Source: Picochlorum sp. SENEW3 (lineage: Eukaryota). Taken from it: DNA of 64,000 nucleotides. The DNA lies in NCBI GenBank assembly GCA_034226945.1, contig CP120461.1, forward strand, positions 558,001 to 622,000. Direction: 5' to 3'. The position numbers and the translations under genes were made by a program. Within the stretch, counting starts at the first letter, position 1. Each line of letters begins with the position of its first letter. Positions 55,423 through 64,000 of this stretch are shown here, one piece after another. Under the pieces are notes generated by a model that was given only the letters and a program-made list of their open reading frames with translations, ran no database searches and was not told the origin of the DNA.

Positions 55423-57833
55423 CTATGGCGAGGCCCCAGGCCTACTAGGAAGCAGCAGCTCCGTCTTACTGTCAGGCATTGTGTATTGGACATTGTTCTC
55501 CTGAAAGACACGGAAAACACCCTGATACAATAAAGATCCTGCAGTGTACCTCCGACTAGTTGAACAGCCCTGATGAGAGAGCTCGACAAGACCATAAATA
55601 CGTATTTTGGCTGGATCAGTCATCTCTTTAAAGACCAAAAGGAGCAGCTCTCCAAACTCTCCACTATTTTCTTGCATCACTGTCTCCAACCCGTTTCTCA
55701 TTTTTTCTAGGATAGATGAATCTATATCTCTATTTACGGCAACATTCAACTCATATATCCAATTCTTGGACCTGCTTAGGTTGCAAAGCATAACCAACTG
55801 CATCTCTTCATTTGCATACCAACAAGTTCTACTTGATGACCGCCTGCTTAAGCGGGTAAAGTTCAAGCGTACCTCCATCACCTTGTATTTTACCGAATCA
55901 ATCAGCACAAAATCCCCAACGTCGTACGGATGGCTTCCAAATAAGAAGATGAGGTTTGAGAACACAGATGCTGCTGTATTTCTAAAGATGAGAGATAACA
56001 CCGCCAAAAGTCCAGTGAACCCCAACCAAATTTGAGACACATGTGCTTGGAAAATCAGTAGGTAGAAGAAAAAGAAGATTGTGTGGATAATAATGCCAAG
56101 CAAGATCTCAAGCGCCTTAGTGATGGACTTGGTGTCCTGAAGCGTGGCAGCAAGGTTGCAGCGGTCCTGATGGATCTTCTCCACAGCATCTCGACAGTCC
56201 TCTCGTGTGATCTCACCATCGCCATTGACGTCAAGCATTCTGAAAGAGAGATCTACATCACCCTGCTCCTTGAAAAACACAGCAAGGTCCTCTTGGCAAA
56301 TGGAATGAGCATCCACAGACTGGGTGATGTTCCAGAACAGAAAGGCCGCCATCTGCCTTACAGACCTCTCGTCAATCGTCGATCTCTCGTGTACTTGATT
56401 CAACTCGTCCCGAAATGTCAATCTCATCTGCTTCTTTCGCATGTGGCGCTCCAAGCGATACAGGCGCTCCAAGTCCTGAGCACGGGACAGCGCAGAGCCC
56501 TGCCTGCCCGCAGCACGGACCTTCGACTTTCCTCCTCTGCCGCTTCTCGTACCACGGATAGAAGGTTGATCGACCTTGGGTGCTGGCCTAGGCAACCACT
56601 GCCAAAGCGAGCTTACCCTCCATCTGCTCCTGCCCCCCTCTACTGGGGGTGGCGTCCCTTCATGTGTCTCTGACAAGTCAATGGCTATTGGCAACATCGC
56701 CTCCTCACGAGACTGGCCACTATCATCTCTCTCCGAAATGCGTTTCAGCGCCCCATCTTCGGCAACATCTCTGGACAAGGGAGATCCTGCCTCCTCCATC
56801 CTCCTGGCCTCCTCTTGATGCCCAAGGCTGGTGCCACGTAGAAACTGCACCGCGCTATCCAGCCGACTGTCCAACGTCCCAGTGATGCTCCTTGAAGGAC
56901 GAGGGCCCATAAGTACAGAAAGGAGATGTTCTTGCTTCAAAGAAGTCTCCATCCGCGCCCGCTGATTTCTCCCAAGGTATGTCATTGACAGACTCTTCAC
57001 CAGCAGGCATGTCAGCAGAACCGCCAGCAGGAAAAGACTCACGCATCCCAGGATCTTCAGAATGATGTCGCACGTGATCTGCACCGCCTGACTCTCATTG
57101 CTGCTCCCAATTAGCATGAAGCAAGCCCAGAAGATGAGCACAAAAGTGGAGCGCAGCAGCCATTTCACCCATTTCCGGGAGGCATACGTATAGTACAGAG
57201 CGTTCGTGCTGGTCAAAAATATTTTTTCCACAAACTTGATCATCACCCACGTGCAAAACGTCCCCAGCACCCATGCGACGGGAAGGGATGCCAAGAAGAA
57301 CAACAACCGCCACTCACGGAACTTACTCTCCAGCCCTTGGTCCACCGCATGATAGATTGCTCCGCAAAGAAGACCTACCTGGGCGCACACTATCACCAGC
57401 CAAATGTGAACACGACGCCGACGGTACCAAGGAAGCTTCCGCTGGGCCCTCAACTCCTCCTCAACTGCCTCGTCATCAGAGGCCCACAGCATGTCATCTC
57501 GGCTCATCTGCATATTCCAACAAACCACCACCGGGTCACTCAACAGCCGATGTTGAAATACCCTATCGTGGTCATATCAGCCAACACACGCACCGACAGC
57601 AGGTCCGCAGCAGCCTGAGCGTCGTCCTCATCGCTCGACGCCTCGTCCGCAAACCGGGATGCTCTGCTGCCATATCCCTCACTCCGACCCAGTGACGCCA
57701 CCTCGCTCCACACTTTCGATGACCCCACCTCTGTTGCCACCGCATCTGGAGGGCGAGACCTGGTGCGGGTACCCGCAGGGACAGGGTGCGGGGCTTTATG
57801 GCCATGCTCGCCCTGGACCTCTGTGTCACCCAT
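55423..57833 (-). CDS. MscS-like mechanosensitive channel with EF-hand, copy A; exons 57833-57594 and 57507-55423
   Basis: Multi-TM N-terminus, DVNGDGEITRED EF-hand, IFLFGSHPYDVGD MscS motif, NLSRS. Confidence 0.9.
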
Positions 57834-58088
57834 GGTACCCCATACGGCTTTCCCAACAGAGAATGATGAATAACAATAATATAAATAATAGGATAGGCGG
57901 GTGAAACACGAGTCCAAGCAACCAAAATAACAAGTGCTCCTTCAGCGCACGCGTGTCAAACGACGCCTAGTTCAAACACGCGACCCTCGTGTCATTCAAA
58001 TTCATTTGAAGGTGTAGGTGGGCATTCCAGTTCATCATTCTTTTGATATAATAATTGCATCTACGCTCCCCGACCAACCTGGATCTCC
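56005..58088 (+). repeat. Direct repeat unit 1 (2,084 bp), near-identical to 59615-61698
   Basis: Matches at offset +3610; differences seen only at 56911, 57329 and 57462. Confidence 0.95.
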
Positions 58089-58370
58089 TCCTTTTGCTCC
58101 TCTATGATCAAACATGGTCCTTGCCTCGGGCAGACTTCATCCCATATATATGAGGCCACATGGCATATGGTATATGCATGCATGCATGGCCATGGGGATC
58201 GAGGGTGTATAGTTCCACAACATGTGCACTCGTGGGCAGGCCTGCCGACATAGGGTGTCAACACGTATTTCTGACAAGCCTGGTGGTTTCGTCCCAGCAA
58301 GTATTGGGGTGGAGGTCTTGATACGATGCAACGTGGCCTGAGGAAAATCATGTGGAGAAGCTGATGGCAA

Positions 58371-58817
58371 TTAGAATGGCGTGGGAAAAATCATCTTTCT
58401 GAATGAAAGTATCTCTTCGCTTCCATCGTTACCATCGTAATCAGCAAATTTATTACTCTCAATGTCATATTGAGAGCTAATCATAGCGCCAAGGTAGCCG
58501 ATCGGTGCTGGTGTTGACAGGGAAAGTTGCGCCTGTGTCACAAGAGTAAATTGCGTCTGTATTCTGGTTGTTTCATGTGGCTTCAAAAGTCTCTCATGGT
58601 ACAAATACCTATTGTATTCAGGTCTCGTCTTTTCGATTGTCGCTTCCATGAGAGAGATGGGATATGGAAAAAATTTCCCCCGTACAACGTAAGATCTGAC
58701 GACAGATTTCAGGGGTCCATGTGGAGGCTTGTCTCTGTAACGCCCAACCCCACTGAGGAATAGATTCCACTCCGGAGGTTTCTCGTGTTTGCAATGTAGG
58801 GTTGAGGTATCTGACAT
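58371..58817 (-). CDS. Orphan 148-aa ORF between the MscS paralogs
   Basis: Intact ATG-TAA ORF after an AT-rich leader; no recognisable motif. Confidence 0.35.
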   Translation of the reverse strand: MSDTSTLHCKHEKPPEWNLFLSGVGRYRDKPPHGPLKSVVRSYVVRGKFFPYPISLMEATIEKTRPEYNRYLYHERLLKPHETTRIQTQFTLVTQAQLSLSTPAPIGYLGAMISSQYDIESNKFADYDGNDGSEEILSFRKMIFPTPF

Positions 58818-58978
58818 GAAATATGAGAGAAATGAAATTAATGTAATATACTATGAAAATACGTAAGCTAATATTCACCACCGACAATGTGAATCAAAAT
58901 ACCACAAGGTACAATTCTAGCAATGGTTCTGCAGGCTACGCGACTGTAAATCTCGGATCAGGTGCTGCTTCATTCGAT

Positions 58979-61443
58979 TCACTCTGATTTTCTTGCCTCT
59001 GTAGCGCGTCTCAATCGCAAATATGAGGTCGTTTGAGGAGAGTCTGCAACACCCTCTTCCGACTCCGCTGGGACTGAAGCTGGCCAGGTGTACTGTACAT
59101 TCATCTTCACCAGAGCTCGGCTCACAGCCTCTAGTATCCAACTCCGGCATTTCAGATACCGGAGTTGATCTTCAGCCTTGTGGGCCATCCTGTACATAAC
59201 AGTGATCTCTGCTTTGCATAGAGGGCCTGGCTCTCCAAAACTAACATAACAGACATCGGCAAACTCCCCTGGTCTATTTTCTATTTCCACACCCACCTCC
59301 ATTTTTATGACCTCCAAAATTTTCGAATCAGTGTCAATATCTACATATATTCCTGATATAATGTCAATGAAGGATTCTGACGTTGTCAAGTTCTGGAATA
59401 ACAAAGTCTGTAACACAATGTTTGGATACCAAATCCTCCGATTCATCGACGTGAAACACGTATAGTTCAGTGTAACTTCATCCACACGCAAACGATATTC
59501 ATATCCTTTCACCAATAGGGTATCACCTACATCAAATGGATGTTCCACAAAGAGAAAGATAATATTTCCCACCACAGTGGTTGCTGCATTTGTAAGGACA
59601 AATGATAAAGATAACAAAAGTCCAGTGAACCCCAACCAAATTTGAGACACATGTGCTTGGAAAATCAGTAGGTAGAAGAAAAAGAAGATTGTGTGGATAA
59701 TAATGCCAAGCAAGATCTCAAGCGCCTTAGTGATGGACTTGGTGTCCTGAAGCGTGGCAGCAAGGTTGCAGCGGTCCTGATGGATCTTCTCCACAGCATC
59801 TCGACAGTCCTCTCGTGTGATCTCACCATCGCCATTGACGTCAAGCATTCTGAAAGAGAGATCTACATCACCCTGCTCCTTGAAAAACACAGCAAGGTCC
59901 TCTTGGCAAATGGAATGAGCATCCACAGACTGGGTGATGTTCCAGAACAGAAAGGCCGCCATCTGCCTTACAGACCTCTCGTCAATCGTCGATCTCTCGT
60001 GTACTTGATTCAACTCGTCCCGAAATGTCAATCTCATCTGCTTCTTTCGCATGTGGCGCTCCAAGCGATACAGGCGCTCCAAGTCCTGAGCACGGGACAG
60101 CGCAGAGCCCTGCCTGCCCGCAGCACGGACCTTCGACTTTCCTCCTCTGCCGCTTCTCGTACCACGGATAGAAGGTTGATCGACCTTGGGTGCTGGCCTA
60201 GGCAACCACTGCCAAAGCGAGCTTACCCTCCATCTGCTCCTGCCCCCCTCTACTGGGGGTGGCGTCCCTTCATGTGTCTCTGACAAGTCAATGGCTATTG
60301 GCAACATCGCCTCCTCACGAGACTGGCCACTATCATCTCTCTCCGAAATGCGTTTCAGCGCCCCATCTTCGGCAACATCTCTGGACAAGGGAGATCCTGC
60401 CTCCTCCATCCTCCTGGCCTCCTCTTGATGCCCAAGGCTGGTGCCACGTAGAAACTGCACCGCGCTATCCAGCCGACTGTCCAACGTCCCAGTGATGCTC
60501 CTTGAAGGACGAGGGCCCATCAGTACAGAAAGGAGATGTTCTTGCTTCAAAGAAGTCTCCATCCGCGCCCGCTGATTTCTCCCAAGGTATGTCATTGACA
60601 GACTCTTCACCAGCAGGCATGTCAGCAGAACCGCCAGCAGGAAAAGACTCACGCATCCCAGGATCTTCAGAATGATGTCGCACGTGATCTGCACCGCCTG
60701 ACTCTCATTGCTGCTCCCAATTAGCATGAAGCAAGCCCAGAAGATGAGCACAAAAGTGGAGCGCAGCAGCCATTTCACCCATTTCCGGGAGGCATACGTA
60801 TAGTACAGAGCGTTCGTGCTGGTCAAAAATATTTTTTCCACAAACTTGATCATCACCCACGTGCAAAACGTCCCCAGCACCCATGCGACGGGAAGGGATG
60901 CCAAGAAGAACAACAACCGCCACTCACGGAACTTACTCCCCAGCCCTTGGTCCACCGCATGATAGATTGCTCCGCAAAGAAGACCTACCTGGGCGCACAC
61001 TATCACCAGCCAAATGTGAACACGACGCCGACGGTACCAAGGAAGCTTCCGCTGGGCCCTCAACTCCTCCTTAACTGCCTCGTCATCAGAGGCCCACAGC
61101 ATGTCATCTCGGCTCATCTGCATATTCCAACAAACCACCACCGGGTCACTCAACAGCCGATGTTGAAATACCCTATCGTGGTCATATCAGCCAACACACG
61201 CACCGACAGCAGGTCCGCAGCAGCCTGAGCGTCGTCCTCATCGCTCGACGCCTCGTCCGCAAACCGGGATGCTCTGCTGCCATATCCCTCACTCCGACCC
61301 AGTGACGCCACCTCGCTCCACACTTTCGATGACCCCACCTCTGTTGCCACCGCATCTGGAGGGCGAGACCTGGTGCGGGTACCCGCAGGGACAGGGTGCG
61401 GGGCTTTATGGCCATGCTCGCCCTGGACCTCTGTGTCACCCAT
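58979..61443 (-). CDS. MscS-like mechanosensitive channel with EF-hand, copy B; exons 61443-61204 and 61117-58979
   Basis: Same N-terminus as copy A; IFLFVEHPFDVGD, WYPN. Confidence 0.9.
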
Positions 61444-61698
61444 GGTACCCCATACGGCTTTCCCAACAGAGAATGATGAATAACAATAATATAAATAATA
61501 GGATAGGCGGGTGAAACACGAGTCCAAGCAACCAAAATAACAAGTGCTCCTTCAGCGCACGCGTGTCAAACGACGCCTAGTTCAAACACGCGACCCTCGT
61601 GTCATTCAAATTCATTTGAAGGTGTAGGTGGGCATTCCAGTTCATCATTCTTTTGATATAATAATTGCATCTACGCTCCCCGACCAACCTGGATCTCC
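59615..61698 (+). repeat. Direct repeat unit 2 (2,084 bp)
   Basis: Matches 56005-58088. Confidence 0.95.
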
Positions 61699-61980
61699 CA
61701 AAGAGACTGCTCCATTTTTGCCATCATCAGCTCAGATTCTCTGTAATCATTGTTCAAACTTACCTTGTTGTAACACTATTTATTCTCTGATCCAATCCAT
61801 ACAGGAGGTTTTAAGATTGCTTCTACAGTGACTGATGAAGTACCCATGCATGGGTACGTGGGTGCAAATCCTTGCACCGGCACGCCTGGGTCGTTGGGCA
61901 GCCGTTACGACGAATCACGATGATGATGAAAATTCAAGATAGCCCTTCATTATCCTCATAGCCTATAGATAATATTATAA

Positions 61981-62532
61981 ATGGGTAATATACAGAGTTC
62001 AGCAACGTACAGCGGCGGTGGTGGTTTGTCATTGAAAGAATTGGAGCGATTGCAACGACGGGTCGAACGTCTTGGACGAGGTCGCAGCGAATTGGCTCGG
62101 TCAGATCTCAAGAGTATTCCAGAGTTGTCTCAAAATCCGTTTATGGAGTCTATTTTTAGGATATATGACGGGGATGGGGATGGGTTGTTAGAGTTGGGAG
62201 ACCTGAAGAGGCTCATGGAAAGGCTTTCGGCATTGGTCAAGGATCAGGAGGCTCAGTGCAAGTTTGCCTTTGATATTTTTGATAGGAATGGAGATGGGTG
62301 TATAGATAAAGATGAGTTGTTGCGTGTGTTACGAGTGACGCATGGGGGGAGGAGAATGTCAGAGGAGGATGTTGACAGGGTTGCCACGGCAACCCTGGCA
62401 GAGCATGGGAGTGAGGTTGAGATGGGGGGCGTGTTGACGTTTGAAGACTTTACCAGGCTGATGCTGAGCAATTCTACGATGCTTGTGACCAGTGCTGGTG
62501 GTGGTGGATGTGGACAACACAACCAAGGGTGA
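61981..62532 (+). CDS. Calcineurin B-like EF-hand protein, N-myristoylation motif
   Basis: MGNIQS, IPELSQNPF, DGDGDGLLE, FAFDIFDRNGDGCIDKDEL. Confidence 0.85.
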   Translation: MGNIQSSATYSGGGGLSLKELERLQRRVERLGRGRSELARSDLKSIPELSQNPFMESIFRIYDGDGDGLLELGDLKRLMERLSALVKDQEAQCKFAFDIFDRNGDGCIDKDELLRVLRVTHGGRRMSEEDVDRVATATLAEHGSEVEMGGVLTFEDFTRLMLSNSTMLVTSAGGGGCGQHNQG

Positions 62533-62650
62533 TGCACATACAAGCCAGTTGAGATCCATGGCACTCGAGATGAGTGAATCTTAGAGAATAGATGAGGATA
62601 TGCAGTCAATTGGTTCAGCAGTCCCTTTATATATAGTATTATTATTCATC

Positions 62651-63618
62651 ATGAATGGTAATAAAGCAAAGGAACAAGAGAGATTGGCGTTGCAATCAGC
62701 GGAGCAATTTGAAAAAGGTTGGAGACGGGGTCAGCGTTTGATTGATTCCCTTCCATACGTCGATGATGTAACAGAGGATGAGAAAATTAATATTCAGCGG
62801 ATGATTCAGGAAGAGGTGCGTGTTGTATACGGATACAGGGAGACTGCATGTTCATGCGAATCGACGCTTTCTTCTTGCATTCTTCTCTCTATACGAGTAG
62901 GAAGAGACGAGATTATACTGATTTCATGTGTTTGGTTAGTTGTCAGAAAAAACGTGGCATTCTTGGCGCTGAAGAAGGCTATTGCTGCTGCCTTCTTCTT
63001 CCTCTTCACGAATGCAGTGAGTGAATAATCTAACGTGAAGAATACTACATGTGGGTGCAGATGCGAGGTATGGGTAAGAGTGCGTCAGATTATCTGGATG
63101 AGACACCTCAGATGCCGAGTATCAGATCTGCGGGCGATGGAGCCAAGATGTTGCATGAACAGGATGTTGAGAGGGTGGGGCAATTAATAGAGGAGTCATC
63201 ACAGGACGGGACGATAGCTGTGCCCTTTTCGGATGGGGTTGATTTGGAAAGGTACAATCTACCTCGACCGCAGGGTGACGATGAGAATAGCGTGGAGGCG
63301 TGGGAGGTGGCGTTGGATAATGCCAGGGCGCAGTTGGAGCACCAAAAGACAAGAATAGTCAATTTGCAATTGTTGCTCAAGCATGGGCCCACCTCATGGA
63401 GAGCTCATAACGAAGTATTGAGCACTATGGCGGGTCAGATTGATGAGAAACTACAGATACTACAGGGAGATATAACTCATATCAACAAGGAGCGGAAGAT
63501 TGAGCAGTTGACTGTGGGGAGCGAGTTGGAAAGCCTCAAAAACACATACTTTCATCTTGTTGAGAAGAATATGCAGTTGAATGCAGCCTGCTCGGAACTT
63601 GAGAATAGAATTCGATGA
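62651..63618 (+). CDS. SPF27: Pre-mRNA splicing factor SPF27/BCAS2/MOS4; exons 62651-62815 and 63061-63618
   Basis: IDSLPYVD, MIQEE|M, NARAQLEHQ..RIVNLQLL.KHG..SWRAHN, INKERKIEQ. Confidence 0.92.
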
Positions 63619-64000
63619 TACCAATGTATATGTAAAGAGAACCAATGTTTCGTACCACCATGTACACAACATGCTGCCGTGGGCAGCTTCTTCTTTAGCC
63701 CCCTTGGTGCCTTGGTGACCAGTGAGTGGCGGGAATCAACCCCTCCTATGAAACAAAGTACTCGTGCTTCGATCCTGAATATTTAGTAGTATTATTTCAT
63801 ATTCTAGTAGATATTTCATTATTTGATGTACGTATCGAGTGATCGTCGATTTTGTGGGTAGGAGACAGATTCAAATTCAACTCTACCGATCGTCGAGTTT
63901 AACGCCCGATTGTCTTGCATTTAGATTGCACAAAGATTTCATCTTTTGGATTGCTGGTTCATTGAGGGCAACGGCCATGGGATCGCTCACACATAGTATG

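Overview
Gene-dense nuclear DNA from a compact-genome green alga. A Trebouxiophyceae, Picochlorum-like origin is inferred from plastid-targeted genes (Ycf54, CCB4, PPD6, CPN60A, CPN20, beta-amylase), short GT-AG introns, TGTAA poly(A) signals and tiny intergenic gaps. About 46 protein-coding genes are supported; intron boundaries were read by eye. I also found an intron-containing tRNA-Pro(UGG) and two spliced small genes missing from the ORF track: a ~75-aa membrane protein and a 112-aa ubiquitin-like protein. Main observations: (1) two tandem EF-hand MscS channel genes share a near-identical 2,084-bp block (upstream region, intron, N-terminal ~580 aa) but have strongly diverged pore and cage regions; (2) several same-strand gene pairs are only 11-67 nt apart and are bicistronic candidates; (3) unusual domain architectures: UIM-like + TPX2-like + CHUP1 C-terminus, TPR + degenerate MLLE, and LRR + alpha/beta-hydrolase; (4) a structured intergenic element and structured introns; (5) a 2.5-kb gene-free gap. 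No CRISPR array, rRNA or recognisable transposon was seen. All family calls come from motif recognition, not database searches.
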